Shown here piece by piece: positions 30,291-41,485 of a stretch of DNA of 64,000 bases; position 1 is the stretch's first letter; the number at the start of each line of letters is the position of its first letter. Location of the stretch: positions 1,024,001-1,088,000 of the forward strand of contig CAVYJM010000006.1 of assembly GCA_963768855.1 (NCBI GenBank). The letters are read 5' to 3'. The notes under the pieces were generated by a model that was not told the origin of the DNA, ran no database searches, and saw only the letters and a list, made by a program, of their open reading frames with translations. This DNA comes from an uncultured Thermoplasmata archaeon (GTDB lineage Archaea > Thermoplasmatota > Thermoplasmata > RBG-16-68-12). A program made the position numbers and the translations under genes.

Positions 30291-30896
30291 GCTGCTGCTC
30301 AGACTCCGTAATGCACGTCCTTGAGATTAAAGGATTCTTTCGGTTGCTCACACCGCCTGTCGAGGTTTCGCTCCCATGGCCGAGTCTCGGAGTTGCAGAC
30401 CCATCACGTGGCACTGCCAGAAGTGCTATCCGATCTGCCAAAGTTACCGGGTTCACGGTGGCGCCGCGTCCGAGGCATCTTACTGCGATGGGCGAAATCA
30501 TGTTGGACGGAGCCAACCGCCATACATTTCCAATCGATTCACCGATGGCGATTAGTGATTGGTCCCGGCACGGCAATGATCACAGGATTGAATCCGCTTA
30601 CAGGCGTTCCGCTCATGATGTCTCTTATGAGATTATTGTCACTTGGCCACGGGTTGCGGGCTTGTAGGTGGAAGGTGCCCGCTGAATTCCCATAAATACC
30701 ACACCGGATCGGGACTATCATCCCGCGACCCGGCAAAGGTTGAAGATCTCTTCTCGAAACTGTGTCTTCAGACTTCGGGGTAACGCAACCACTCCGCAGC
30801 AGGCCCAGCTATCTGCAGCAGACGGCTAGGCAACAATCTGCAAGACTGCGGCGAGCCTCGTTGTTGGCGGTGCAGAACATATCCAAAACGGCGGCT

Positions 30897-30911
30897 GGGA
30901 ACGTTCAAATA
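30897..30911 (+). promoter_or_regulatory. promoter-like motif GGGAACGTTCAAATA shared by deacylase paralogues 2 and 3
   Basis: 14/15 match to the reverse complement of 33189..33203, each about 36 nt before its start codon. Confidence 0.5.
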
Positions 30912-30947
30912 ATAGGATCCAAATACACGCAGTCGGGGGTCAATTCC

Positions 30948-31958
30948 TTGGCCGATCTTGTTCTAGGGAGGACGAAGGCGAAACAGGGGACGAAAGCTCA
31001 CGGCACTCTCAAAGTAGCTGAACATCCCGATGGGTCTCCTGAACAAATCCCTTTCGTCCTCGTGAATGGCTCAGGCGACGGACCCTCGCTATGGATCGCA
31101 GGCTGTGAACACGGGGACGAGTATCTTGCTGCTGCCACGATTATAGAGTTCATTGCCCAGCTCGACCCCGAGAAGGTGAAAGGCCAGGTCGTTGCATTCC
31201 CCGTACTTGACAGCACCGCCTTCAATATCAAGGAGCGGTTTAGCCCGATTGATCACTATGACTTTAGCCGGGCGTATCCAGGTTTCAGGAACGGGTGGTT
31301 GGCCCAACAGATCGCTTTTCAGTTTATTGAACTCGCTTCAAAGAGAGCGGACTACGCCCTTGATATGCACAATGGTATTCACGGGGTCGTGGAGGTAAGC
31401 CCATATTGTGTCGTCAATTACGAGACCGAAGAGCAGTGGAAGTCGATGTATCAAGGATTCGTCGAGTCCTTCTTGACCGAGAAGATTGTGCATTGGTTTG
31501 GGACGTCTACTGAGCGCGGTGCTCGCACTTCGATGATGAATAACGCCCTCATGCACAAAGGGATTCCTTGCTATGTCCCGGAGATCGGGCCGGATCTGAA
31601 GACTGGAATGCCTCATGGCATCCGGGGTTTGCAGAACACCATGAAGTACCTGGAAATGCTCGATGGGCGGCCAGAAAAGCTCGAGAAGTATAGAAACTTC
31701 CCGGACGTCCTCCACGTGTTCCCAACACGGGGTGGAGTCTTCAAGTCTTACGTTGAACTCAATGAAGAGGTCAAAGAAGGACAGAAGCTGGCGTCTATCC
31801 GTAGTTTTTACGGCGAGATTACCGAAGAGCTCGTGGCACCAGCCGCAGGAGTCATCGTGGCGAGATGGCTAATCCCGGTGATCGGTACAGGCGATTTCAG
31901 CGCTTTCCAGTTAGCGCCATTCAAGCCCTTTGACCGACCGTGGCCTGGTGAGCGCTGA
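30948..31958 (+). CDS. AstE/AspA family (M14) deacylase, paralogue 2
   Basis: CEHGDE, DFSRAYPG, DMHNG, VPEIG; TTG 30948 chosen by alignment to the other paralogues. Confidence 0.9.
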   Translation: MADLVLGRTKAKQGTKAHGTLKVAEHPDGSPEQIPFVLVNGSGDGPSLWIAGCEHGDEYLAAATIIEFIAQLDPEKVKGQVVAFPVLDSTAFNIKERFSPIDHYDFSRAYPGFRNGWLAQQIAFQFIELASKRADYALDMHNGIHGVVEVSPYCVVNYETEEQWKSMYQGFVESFLTEKIVHWFGTSTERGARTSMMNNALMHKGIPCYVPEIGPDLKTGMPHGIRGLQNTMKYLEMLDGRPEKLEKYRNFPDVLHVFPTRGGVFKSYVELNEEVKEGQKLASIRSFYGEITEELVAPAAGVIVARWLIPVIGTGDFSAFQLAPFKPFDRPWPGER

Positions 31959-32142
31959 CTGGTGACAACGAGCGCTCCCCACCATGGCCTTCGGAGTGCC
32001 TCGAGATACACTCGGCTGCCAAGCCAAATATCCCGGAGCTCAAGTGGGCAGCCTGGATTTGGTATTCTCTCAATTCGCAGTGTAATCGTCTGATGAGTCG
32101 CCCTCAAGAAGGTGCGACGCCTGCATCCCAGCGGGCGCAAGC

Positions 32143-33153
32143 CTAGCGCTCGCCCGGCCACCGCTGTTTGAACTCGTCGAACGTGGCGACCTCGAACGCG
32201 GCGAAATCCCCGGACCCAATCACAGGGTTTGTCCAGACAGTCACAATGATCCCTGCCGCAGGGGTGACCAGTTCCTCCGTGATTTCTCCCTTGAAGTTGC
32301 GGATGGATGCCAGCTTCTGCCCCTTCCGGACCCGATCATTGTTCGCGACATAGGATCTGAAGACCCCCCCACGGGTCGGGAAGATATGTATGACGTCTGG
32401 GAAGGACTGGTACTTGGCAAGCCTCCTGGGCTTCCCAGGTGACATCCCGAGGTATCTCAGCGAATTCTCGAATCCCCTGACACCCGTTCGGAGGCCGCCT
32501 TCTGTGTCTGGTCCCACCTCCGGCACGAAAGAGGGGATTCCTTTCTTGGTCAACAGAGCAGTCATCATGGACGTCCGCTCACCCCGCTCCGTCGAGACTC
32601 CAATCCAGTGGATAATCTTGTCAAACAGGAAGGACTCCGTGAACCCCTTCAACATGGAATCCCACTGCTCGGGTTTCTCATACGACGCGACACAATACGG
32701 TTGGACCTCGAGTTTTCCCGGAATCCCGTTGTGGACGTTGATAACATAGTCCGCGTTCTCCACCACGAGTTCCATGATTTTGTATGCGACTTGTTGGGCG
32801 AGCCATCCGTTCTTGAAACCGGGATAGGCACGGCTGAAGTCGTAGCTGTCGATCGGACTGAACCGGCGCTTGACATTGAACGCCGTGCTGTCAAGCACGG
32901 GGAGCGCCACAATCCGTCCCTTCAGCCTCCTGGGGTTGACTCGACTGATGAACTCGATAATCGAGGCAGTGGCGAGGGTTTCATCCCCATGCTCACAGCC
33001 TGTAATCCATAGAGACGGTCCATCGCTCGACCCATTCACGAGAATGAATGGAAGCTGTTCAGGAGAGCCATCAAGATGTTCAGCCACCGTGAGTGCCCCG
33101 AAAGCTTTCGTCCCCGGCTTTGCCGTTGTTGCTTCTACTGTAAGACTGGACAA
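32143..33153 (-). CDS. AstE/AspA family (M14) deacylase, paralogue 3
   Basis: CEHGDE, DFSRAYPG, NVHNG, VPEVG; same WPGER C-terminus. Confidence 0.9.
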   Translation of the reverse strand: MSSLTVEATTAKPGTKAFGALTVAEHLDGSPEQLPFILVNGSSDGPSLWITGCEHGDETLATASIIEFISRVNPRRLKGRIVALPVLDSTAFNVKRRFSPIDSYDFSRAYPGFKNGWLAQQVAYKIMELVVENADYVINVHNGIPGKLEVQPYCVASYEKPEQWDSMLKGFTESFLFDKIIHWIGVSTERGERTSMMTALLTKKGIPSFVPEVGPDTEGGLRTGVRGFENSLRYLGMSPGKPRRLAKYQSFPDVIHIFPTRGGVFRSYVANNDRVRKGQKLASIRNFKGEITEELVTPAAGIIVTVWTNPVIGSGDFAAFEVATFDEFKQRWPGER

Positions 33154-33739
33154 TGACTCAAGCCCCGCGACCGGGATTCAATTAACGATATTTCAACGTT
33201 CCCACACTGAGCGGGGGATGCATTTCGCGTCGTCTCATGCTCACTTGGAGGCGCCTGGTTTTCAGGGGAATTGCGAGCAAGACCACTTCAGCCTCCTTAA
33301 GCTCCGGTCCGCTTCACTACGAAAATCACATGCATCGCGAAACCTCAGGGCGGAAACTGCAATCCCGAGGCACGAGGGCCGCACTCAAAGCCGATCTTCA
33401 TCGGGAAGTTTCGGTGGCGGCGGCTGTCAAGTCGACTTCGTAATGTTCGCTCGCGGGCTCGATTCTGTAAAAGATCACCAATCTGTCTGCACACGGGGGA
33501 GACGCTAGCTAGTGGATTTGCTCGAGGCCTTCGGTACGTGACTTCGGGACGGCATTGCCCCGCCCTTATGAACAACCTCAATTTCCATTCGCGGGGAACC
33601 AGTTCTCTTCTGCACTTCCTCCTGCATTCTTGAGAGGGTGAGTCCCTAATTTTCGTTGCCCCAATCCCGAGGAACGCACCCCTCTTGGAGTCATGGATTG
33701 CAGTCTTCCGCAACGCTAGTCGCAAAGGCGGGGAACATC

Positions 33740-34837
33740 TCACTGTTGCAGATTCCGGATTGTTTCGGGAAACGCATCCGCGAAGCGCTTCGCGTCTCGC
33801 TCTGGAACGGTAAAGGAGGCGCGGAGGAACTTGTCCCCATTGAGTTTTGAGAGGTACGAGCCCGCGCGGGTGTACACGAAGTACTCGTGGAGCAGACGCT
33901 CCTCGACAATCTCCGGGTTGACGCCGGTTGCACTCAAGTCGATCACCAACATGTTGGCCTTCGACGGGAAGACGGGGAGGAAGGCGCCGTCGACCCTGCC
34001 CACCGCGGCCTGAATCGTCTTTTGATTCTTCTCGCAGAGCGAAAGGATTCCGGGCAGCCATTCCTTCTTCGTCCGCAATGCCGCCAGCGCTGCGTGCTGC
34101 GCCACTACATCCACACCGAGGACGTTCGCGTCGTACCGCTTGATTTCCTTCATCACATCCGACGTTGCGAGGATTGCACCCACGCGCATGCCCGCAAGTC
34201 CCGGTGCCTTGCTGAAGGAGTATGAAAGGAGCGTCCTCTCCGGGTAGAACTCCGCGGCGTGGACGTGCTCCGGGTTGAAATCGCGGTATGCGATGTCGTC
34301 GAAGAGATACAGCCCGTGGTCACGTGCGACCTCCGCGAGTCCCCTGACCTGGGAGCGCGTGTAGCCGGAGCCAAGGGGGTTGTTCGGGTCGATCAGGAGG
34401 AGCCCTTTCGTTGCAGGCGTAATTGCTTCGTTCACAGTCTCAGGCGTGAGGACGTAGGGCTTGCGGTAGATGTCCACCGGGACCGCCCTCGCTCCGGTCA
34501 AGGCGATTTGGTCGTGAATCGGCAGGTAACTGGGGTCGGTTGAGACGACCTCGTCGCCAGGGTTCAGGAGGGCGCGGGTCGCTACGTACTCGCCCTCGAT
34601 GCTGCCGTTGGTTAGTAGGACCCCGAAGTCCTCTATACCCAGGTCCTCGACAATCGCCTCCGGGAGGCCGAAGATCCCCTTCCGGAGTGGATAGTTGTTG
34701 AACTCGCGGTCCTCGACACTCCGGTGAATCGCCTCAAGGATCGGGGGGTACATCGGGAGGGTGTTTGTATTCCAGGACATCCAGGCGACTTCGGTGCGGT
34801 GCTGATGCGCGAACTCAAAGTTGTCAAGGGAGGCCAC
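33740..34837 (-). CDS. PLP-dependent aminotransferase class I/II
   Basis: LLTNGS.EG, DPNNPLG, DDIAY, SFSKAPGLAGMRVG; start uncertain (GTG 34837 chosen). Confidence 0.9.
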   Translation of the reverse strand: MASLDNFEFAHQHRTEVAWMSWNTNTLPMYPPILEAIHRSVEDREFNNYPLRKGIFGLPEAIVEDLGIEDFGVLLTNGSIEGEYVATRALLNPGDEVVSTDPSYLPIHDQIALTGARAVPVDIYRKPYVLTPETVNEAITPATKGLLLIDPNNPLGSGYTRSQVRGLAEVARDHGLYLFDDIAYRDFNPEHVHAAEFYPERTLLSYSFSKAPGLAGMRVGAILATSDVMKEIKRYDANVLGVDVVAQHAALAALRTKKEWLPGILSLCEKNQKTIQAAVGRVDGAFLPVFPSKANMLVIDLSATGVNPEIVEERLLHEYFVYTRAGSYLSKLNGDKFLRASFTVPERDAKRFADAFPETIRNLQQ

Positions 34838-35492
34838 GACGCTCACTTCCGCAAGGCGAGAAAGGTCTACCGGCCTATTGTAAATTTCGGTCGAGAGGGG
34901 AGGGCATTGGTCACGTCTCATATCACCGACGACCCGGTCCTTGTCATTCACACGCTGGCGGCCGTCGGCGCCGGCTGGAATCCGTCGCGGCGGCTGAAAC
35001 TTCGACGCCCCGTGTGCACCTCGGGGCTCTCTGCGCACATGCCCGACTCATTCGACTCGGGACTAGACGAGGTCGTCCGCGAATGCAGTCCGTGCATCGG
35101 TCGTCGTGGTGTCGTCCCCTGTGCTAGGGAGGATAAGAGCAACTCTGGCGGCAGCGCCAACTGACCAAACAGACCGTGCAGAGGTTATGCGTCAGGACCA
35201 TGCGAGTGGCCACGTTGCGGCAATCGGGTCTTCTCCTTTCCGCTCCCGATTCCTTAGACTGAATCCAGCGGAGCTGTGTATGCATGGAACCGTATTAGCA
35301 GTTGCGGCGACTGGCAGCGAGATTCACACAGCCCCGGGGGCTTGTCCTCTCTACAACACTTCGCGTCGAATGGACCACCGCTTCCTACGATGACTGTCGG
35401 CACGCCCAAGCCAAATACGGCCGCTTCGTCGCTCGCACTGGACGGAGTGGTCTTGCGGCAAGCTTTTGCCCGTCTCCTCCTCTCACGTCTCC

Positions 35493-36398
35493 ATGTTTCG
35501 GTTTTGGCGGAACTTTCCATTCATGGTGGCCGCGGGCCTTGTTCTGGGCCTCGTGACGGGGGGTTTTCCGGCCACTTATTCAGGAACAATCCTAGATTTC
35601 ACGTTGATTCTTGCAATGGTCTTCGCTCTAACAGAGATCTCCTTCCGAGGGATTTCACCAAGGTCGGAGACTCGAGGGGTCGCACTTTCCTTCGCGATGA
35701 ACTATGGCGCACTGGGAGGCCTCGTGCTGCTGTTTGGACTCTGGAGTGCGAACTCAGATATCAGGAGCGGCTGGATTCTCATGGCCGCGGTGCCACCGGC
35801 GATTGGCGTGGTGCCCATCACGTCCTTCCTGACCGGGGACGTTCGACGCGCACTCATTTCCAACGCGGTCATCTACCTTCTCGGTTTGGCCACAGTGCCG
35901 TTGTTGAGTCTCCTGTTCCTAGGCCAAGCGGTCCCGGCGACCGACCTAGTCGTGCAAACGCTTCTCCTCATTGGGATTCCCATTGTGGTCTCGAGACCTC
36001 TTCGACGATGGGAACAAATCCAGAAAGTCCGGCCGACCGCGGTGGGGGTATCCTTCTTCTTCTCCGTACTCACGATTGCCGGCTCAACACGAAGCGTCCT
36101 TCTCGGTCGACCCGATCTAGTTGTAGACCTGTCGGGGCTTGCCTTCCTTCGCACGTTTGGCCTCGGTCTTGCACTTTACGTGACCACACGCGCGGTTGCG
36201 GTCCCTCGAAAGGATCGGATTGCCGTCATAACCTTCGCGGGATTCAAGAACCTTGGGCTCACAGTGGTCTTGGCTTTCACTTTCTTCGGGCCTCTCGCCG
36301 CACTACCGTCCATCGTTTCGCTAGTCTTCGAGATTCTCTGGACGAATGCACTCCCATTTCTGTTCCGCGTGCCCGCAAGAGGCGTGAGAAGAATCTGA
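35493..36398 (+). CDS. bile acid:sodium symporter (BASS)-like membrane transporter
   Basis: About 9 TM; GWILMAAVPPAIG, NAVIYL, GFKNLGL motifs. Confidence 0.75.
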   Translation: MFRFWRNFPFMVAAGLVLGLVTGGFPATYSGTILDFTLILAMVFALTEISFRGISPRSETRGVALSFAMNYGALGGLVLLFGLWSANSDIRSGWILMAAVPPAIGVVPITSFLTGDVRRALISNAVIYLLGLATVPLLSLLFLGQAVPATDLVVQTLLLIGIPIVVSRPLRRWEQIQKVRPTAVGVSFFFSVLTIAGSTRSVLLGRPDLVVDLSGLAFLRTFGLGLALYVTTRAVAVPRKDRIAVITFAGFKNLGLTVVLAFTFFGPLAALPSIVSLVFEILWTNALPFLFRVPARGVRRI

Positions 36399-36581
36399 GG
36401 CGAGGACGGCTTGGTGAAGTCGGTGAGCCTCCAAGAGTCCCTTCACGGTAGGATTCCATCGGTTCAGACCCTCCCTTCGCCGTCGCATGAGGAGCCCGTC
36501 TGGTTCATGTCGCCTCTGAAGTGCGCGCATATCCTCCGTATCCTCACATCGACTAGATGGTCGACATGTCAAAGAGGTCTG

Positions 36582-37622
36582 CTACTGCTTCTCAGGTGGG
36601 TGATATTTGAAGCATGCTACGGAATGGCCGTCGGTGGTTTCTCTAAGAGGGGGTGCGGCGTTTCGGCATATGTCCATCACCCATGGACACCGGAATTGGA
36701 AGTTGCACCCCGCCGCCTCACGTTGCGCCTCGGTGACCTCAATGCTGGTTTGCACGCGCTTCCGACGAGTCAAGCCTTCCGCGACAGGGACCGCCGAGAG
36801 GAGCAGCTGAGTATATGGATGGAGGGGGCTTCCGACGACGTCAGCGGCCAATCCAATCTCAACAATCTTGCCACGATACATTATGGCGATTCGGTTACTG
36901 ATGTATCGGGCAACGGCCAGATCATGCGTGATGAACAGAAAAGCAGTCCCGAGTTGCTGACGAAGGTCGAGCATGAGGTTGAGGATGCCCGACGCGACCG
37001 AAACGTCGAGCATGGAAACAGGTTCGTCGGCCACAACAAACTCAGGCCCGAGCACCAAAGCCCTCGCAATCGCGACGCGCTGGCGTTGCCCACCACTGAG
37101 TTCTGAAGGGAACTTGGACATGAACGCGCTGGCAGGGCTTAGTCCCACCTGCTCAAGGATCCTAACAACGCTGGAATGCAGGTCTTCTTTTCCGATGTCC
37201 CGATTCACTCGAAGCGGTTCCGCGACAGTGCGGAACACCGTCATCCGAGGGTCCAAAGATTGGAATGGGTCCTGAAAGACCACTTGCATTCGTCGCCGGA
37301 ACGGTCGGAGTTGCCTTCGCTTGAGTTCGCAGAGGTTCGTGTCCCCGAGGAATATGCTTCCTTCTGTGGGGAACTGCAGCATGGTGAGAAGTTCTCCCAT
37401 CGTTGTCTTGCCACACCCGCTTTCACCCACGAGGCTGAGTATCTCTCTCTCCTTGATGTCCAAATCGACTCCATCCACGGCCCTGATAGGTCGCTGCTTC
37501 CTCCCCGCGAGTGATCGAAGTAGGCCAGCGGATGGCGTGAAGTATTTCCTGACTCCGCGAGCACGGACAACGGACACATCGTTAGATGGTGTCATTTCGA
37601 CCCCGTTGCGTAGAGGAGACAT
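36582..37622 (-). CDS. oligopeptide ABC ATPase (DppF/OppF-like)
   Basis: GESGCGKTT, LSGGQRQR, ADEPVS, HPYT, C-terminal FeS-type Cys motif. Confidence 0.94.
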   Translation of the reverse strand: MSPLRNGVEMTPSNDVSVVRARGVRKYFTPSAGLLRSLAGRKQRPIRAVDGVDLDIKEREILSLVGESGCGKTTMGELLTMLQFPTEGSIFLGDTNLCELKRRQLRPFRRRMQVVFQDPFQSLDPRMTVFRTVAEPLRVNRDIGKEDLHSSVVRILEQVGLSPASAFMSKFPSELSGGQRQRVAIARALVLGPEFVVADEPVSMLDVSVASGILNLMLDLRQQLGTAFLFITHDLAVARYISNRIAIMYRGKIVEIGLAADVVGSPLHPYTQLLLSAVPVAEGLTRRKRVQTSIEVTEAQREAAGCNFQFRCPWVMDICRNAAPPLRETTDGHSVACFKYHPPEKQ

Positions 37623-38557
37623 CTGGTTGGATGGCGGAGCTCGGGCATATACAGGGCAATGGAGTCACGCTCGCACTCGGGGAACGCCTTCGGGCAGCGT
37701 GGGCGGAACAAACACCCCTCGTGCCGCATGCTCAGATCGGGGGGGATCCCCGGCAGGGTTGCCAGCCGCGACCTGACTCCTCGAACGGTCGGGACACAGT
37801 GAAGCAGCGCCTCGGTGTAGGGATGAAGCGGCCTACTCAGTATCTCATCCTTGTCAGCGAGTTCCACCACCTGACCAGCGTACATGACTGCGACACGGTC
37901 ACAGACCTCGGAGACAACCGCGATATCGTGAGAAATGAAAACCACCGTCCGCCCTCCTTCTTCCTGCCAGTCTTCGACATTCTTGAGGATTCGGTCTTGA
38001 ACGACCACGTCCAGTGCTGTAGTCGGCTCATCTGCGATTAGCACTTCTGGGTCAAGCAGCAAGGCAAGAGCGATGGCGGCGCGCTGACGCATTCCTCCCG
38101 AGAACTCATGCGGATAACTCCGAACGCGAGACTCAGGGATTCCCATCGAGACCAGTGCTTTCTCAGCGGCACGAGTCGCCTCGCTCTTGGAGGATCCGAG
38201 GTGGGACATATGAACGGCGGCAAGTTGCTCAACAATCCGGTGAACGGGAGAAAAAGCGTTCATCGAACTCTGGAAAACCATTGCGACTCTCGTCCAGCGA
38301 ACTTCCCGCAACTGCGACTCGTCCATTCTGACAAGGTCTGTGCCATTGAGCAAAACCCGACCCGAGGCGATGATTGCGTTCATCGGCAAGACCCTAATAA
38401 TCGAATAGGCCAGGCTCGACTTACCACAACCCGATTCACCAACAATGCCAACGATTTCGTCGTTGTCAACTCTTAGAGACGTGTTGGTCACTGCGTTGAC
38501 CCTCTTTCCCGCGGGCAACTTATACTGAAGCGTCAAGTCTTGGATGTCAACAGTCAT
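37592..38557 (-). CDS. oligopeptide ABC ATPase (DppD/OppD-like)
   Basis: GESGCGKSS, FSGGMRQR, ADEPTT, HPYT. Confidence 0.94.
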   Translation of the reverse strand: MTVDIQDLTLQYKLPAGKRVNAVTNTSLRVDNDEIVGIVGESGCGKSSLAYSIIRVLPMNAIIASGRVLLNGTDLVRMDESQLREVRWTRVAMVFQSSMNAFSPVHRIVEQLAAVHMSHLGSSKSEATRAAEKALVSMGIPESRVRSYPHEFSGGMRQRAAIALALLLDPEVLIADEPTTALDVVVQDRILKNVEDWQEEGGRTVVFISHDIAVVSEVCDRVAVMYAGQVVELADKDEILSRPLHPYTEALLHCVPTVRGVRSRLATLPGIPPDLSMRHEGCLFRPRCPKAFPECERDSIALYMPELRHPTRCLLYATGSK

Positions 38558-39486
38558 GGGGACACTTCACCCAGATCCTCTCGCGCCACACTCACGCGGG
38601 CAGCGCCTTGGGTCGCGGCCAGCCCATCCCCTATGAGGTTGAAACTAAGGATCAGCAGGGCTATCGCGATTCCCGGAAAAAACGCCAGCCACCAAGCATC
38701 AACAAGGTGAAACGCTCCCACATTGACTATTTGACCCCAGCTGATGACGTTCGGGTCGCTGAGTCCTAGAAAACTCATTCCCGCTTCGAACAGAATCGCC
38801 TGTCCGATTTGGAGGTTGGAGTTCACAATAACCGGCTGAATCGCATTCGGCAGAATGTGTCTCACGATTACGGATGGGCCGGAAGCACCAGTTGCTACTG
38901 CGGCCCGTACAAACTGCCTCTCTTTTAGTGACAGCACGCTCGCCCGCATAATGCGAGCATTGGCCGGCCAGATTGTGATGCCAACCACTAGGATTTCGAA
39001 ACCGATGTTATTGCCGAAAATGGCGACTACCATCACCAATAGGAAGAAGGGAGGGATCATGAGGACGATTTCGAAGGAGCGGGAGAGCAGCTGGTCAAGC
39101 CACCCACCGAAGTATCCTGAGACAAGCCCCAATGGAATTCCGAAAACCATCGATAACCCTGCAGCCAGTACACCAAACAGTATCGAAACGCGTGCACCCC
39201 AAATCACTCGGCTAAACACATCGCGTCCTATGTCATCCGTTCCGAAGAGGTGAGCGGAAGAGGGTGGTTGGAGTTGCCCGAAGGCTATAGATGAGGGGGA
39301 ATAGGGCGCCAGCAACCATGGAACAAGAGCGAGGATTATGAAGAACAGCAAGACCGCGAGACCGAGAACAGCGGGCTTGTCTGCTCGAAAGCGTCGCCAA
39401 AAGGCTCTAACCCGTTTGGCCGACTCAAGCAACCCAGGATGGCCCCTAAGCGCTTCCAAAGCTCGTCGCAAGTGATATCGTTTCAT
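38554..39486 (-). CDS. oligopeptide ABC permease (DppC/OppC-like)
   Basis: HLFGTDDIGRDVFSR, RHILPN, EAGMSFLG, FNLIGDGL. Confidence 0.94.
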   Translation of the reverse strand: MKRYHLRRALEALRGHPGLLESAKRVRAFWRRFRADKPAVLGLAVLLFFIILALVPWLLAPYSPSSIAFGQLQPPSSAHLFGTDDIGRDVFSRVIWGARVSILFGVLAAGLSMVFGIPLGLVSGYFGGWLDQLLSRSFEIVLMIPPFFLLVMVVAIFGNNIGFEILVVGITIWPANARIMRASVLSLKERQFVRAAVATGASGPSVIVRHILPNAIQPVIVNSNLQIGQAILFEAGMSFLGLSDPNVISWGQIVNVGAFHLVDAWWLAFFPGIAIALLILSFNLIGDGLAATQGAARVSVAREDLGEVSP

Positions 39487-39699
39487 CGGATAAATCGTTT
39501 TCCAGGCTCAATGTCATGGAATCACGCTTTCGCCGACAGAGAGTTTTGTGCTCACTCGACGGAGATGTTCGGAATGGTGCCGTGCAACTGGCTCTTTATG
39601 GAATTTCACCGAATCGCAATACAATCTATTCCGAGGTTTGGGGATGCCAAGTATTATCTAGCATTCAACCCTTTACCGAATAGGTTCGGAGGACGAAGG

Positions 39700-41439
39700 A
39701 TGCGGCTCTTGGTGATCGCTTTTGTCTTGGCAACCATTGTGGCGGGGTCGTTTGCTGGGGTTGTGTCCACGGGCGCGGTCAGAGCCCAGGGCGAAAAAGT
39801 GCTCGTGATCGTGCAGCAGAACGACCCTGGGATATTCAACAACATCCTGGCGAACACGATTGGAGCACGATACGTGCACTACAATGTATGGCAGGAGTTA
39901 GTGCACCTCAGCTATGACAGCCAGAACATAACGTACCAGCTCGCCAACAGTGTGAGCATATCTTCGGATGGGTTGAATTACACCTTCCATCTTCGTCCGG
40001 GACTGAAATGGAGCGATGGCGTTGCGTTCACTGCGGACGATGTCAAGTACACGTTTGACGAGGCCTTCGCACTACCGACATGGGGTCTCGACTATCTCTT
40101 GGACGTCAACTCCACCCACGTGGATGACCCCTACAACATCAGTTTTGTTTTGAAGGGGGCTAATGCAGCATGGCTCCCGTATTTTGCCTTCGGATCTGAC
40201 CATGGTCTCAACATTCTCCCGAAGCACTTGTATGAGGGCACCAACATTTCGACGAACCCAAACAACTTCCATCCAATCTCGCTCGGCCCGTTCCTATTCG
40301 ACTCGTACACCCCAGGTCAATCGATTACCCTCGCAGCAAACCCCAACTATTGGGGCGGCAAGCCTACTGTTGACAAGGTTCTCATCAAGATTCTGCCGTC
40401 CTCGGCTACCGCCCTGCAGGAGCTGCAGTCAGGCGACTTGATGTACGTCGGTTCATATGACAACTCTATCGCGTACTCACAAATCCCGCCGGTCGCTGCG
40501 ACACCCAACATACGCGTCGATGGGGCGGAATGGCCTGTCGTCACCTTGATGCTCATGAACACCAAAGACGCAGCGGTTGGGAATGTAACACTGCGCCAAG
40601 CGATCGGATATGCCATTAATCGTACCGAACTCGCTACCAAGGCGTTCTACGACTATGCCTTCGCCATGAACGGGTTCTACCTCAACACCAAGTGGTATAA
40701 CCCCGCGGCAGAGCTAGCCTACAACCCGACGAAGGCGACTCAGCTGCTAGACCAGCTCGGGTACCCACAGGGAACTTGTCGCGTCAACATTGAACTCTCA
40801 TACCACACCCTGTTTGGCATGGATGTTGAGGCTCAGGTGATAAAATCGCAGCTGGCCGAGGTGGGCATCTGCGCGACACTCTGGTCGGGAGACTACGCAA
40901 CTTGGTTCCAGAGAGTCCAGGTGGACGGCAATTACCAGATTGCACTACGCGCGTGCATGATCGGACCAGACCCTGACCTCTTCTGGCCATGGCTCAACCC
41001 GCTTCACCAGGGCGAGAGCGGCTCAACCTTCTTCAACAACACTGCAATGAACAACTTGTTCAGTCAGGCAAGACAAATCAACGACTTCGCCCAGCGGAAG
41101 TCGATGTACGACCAGGTCCAGCAGATTCTACATGACAATGTGCCGCTCCTCCTGCTCACGAACCTGCAGGACGTTAACCTGTGGCGGACCGACTTGGTGC
41201 GCAACATGGGGGCCGAAACGGGGACAAACAGATGGGATCTGGCCACGGCGGAATTGGTTACTACCGCAGCACCGAGCACTCTGGACCCATTCATCGTCAC
41301 CGGTGTCGTGATTGTTGTGATCGCCGCCGTGGGCGGAATTGTGTGGTGGCGAGTGAGCAAGGGCCGAGCCAGCAAAGCAAAGCTGAGAGAACCACCCCGC
41401 GAACAGCAACCACCCCAAGGAGGGCCACCGGGAGGCTAG
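39700..41439 (+). CDS. ABC substrate-binding protein family 5 (DppA/OppA-like) with C-terminal TM anchor
   Basis: Signal peptide, YTFHLRPGLKWSDG..FTADDVKYT, LGPF, C-terminal hydrophobic helix; GGAGG SD before ATG 39700. Confidence 0.93.
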   Translation: MRLLVIAFVLATIVAGSFAGVVSTGAVRAQGEKVLVIVQQNDPGIFNNILANTIGARYVHYNVWQELVHLSYDSQNITYQLANSVSISSDGLNYTFHLRPGLKWSDGVAFTADDVKYTFDEAFALPTWGLDYLLDVNSTHVDDPYNISFVLKGANAAWLPYFAFGSDHGLNILPKHLYEGTNISTNPNNFHPISLGPFLFDSYTPGQSITLAANPNYWGGKPTVDKVLIKILPSSATALQELQSGDLMYVGSYDNSIAYSQIPPVAATPNIRVDGAEWPVVTLMLMNTKDAAVGNVTLRQAIGYAINRTELATKAFYDYAFAMNGFYLNTKWYNPAAELAYNPTKATQLLDQLGYPQGTCRVNIELSYHTLFGMDVEAQVIKSQLAEVGICATLWSGDYATWFQRVQVDGNYQIALRACMIGPDPDLFWPWLNPLHQGESGSTFFNNTAMNNLFSQARQINDFAQRKSMYDQVQQILHDNVPLLLLTNLQDVNLWRTDLVRNMGAETGTNRWDLATAELVTTAAPSTLDPFIVTGVVIVVIAAVGGIVWWRVSKGRASKAKLREPPREQQPPQGGPPGG

Positions 41440-41485
41440 TCCGAGTCACCGCTTCCCTAGAGTACTTCCTGGAGCGCAGGCGGAT

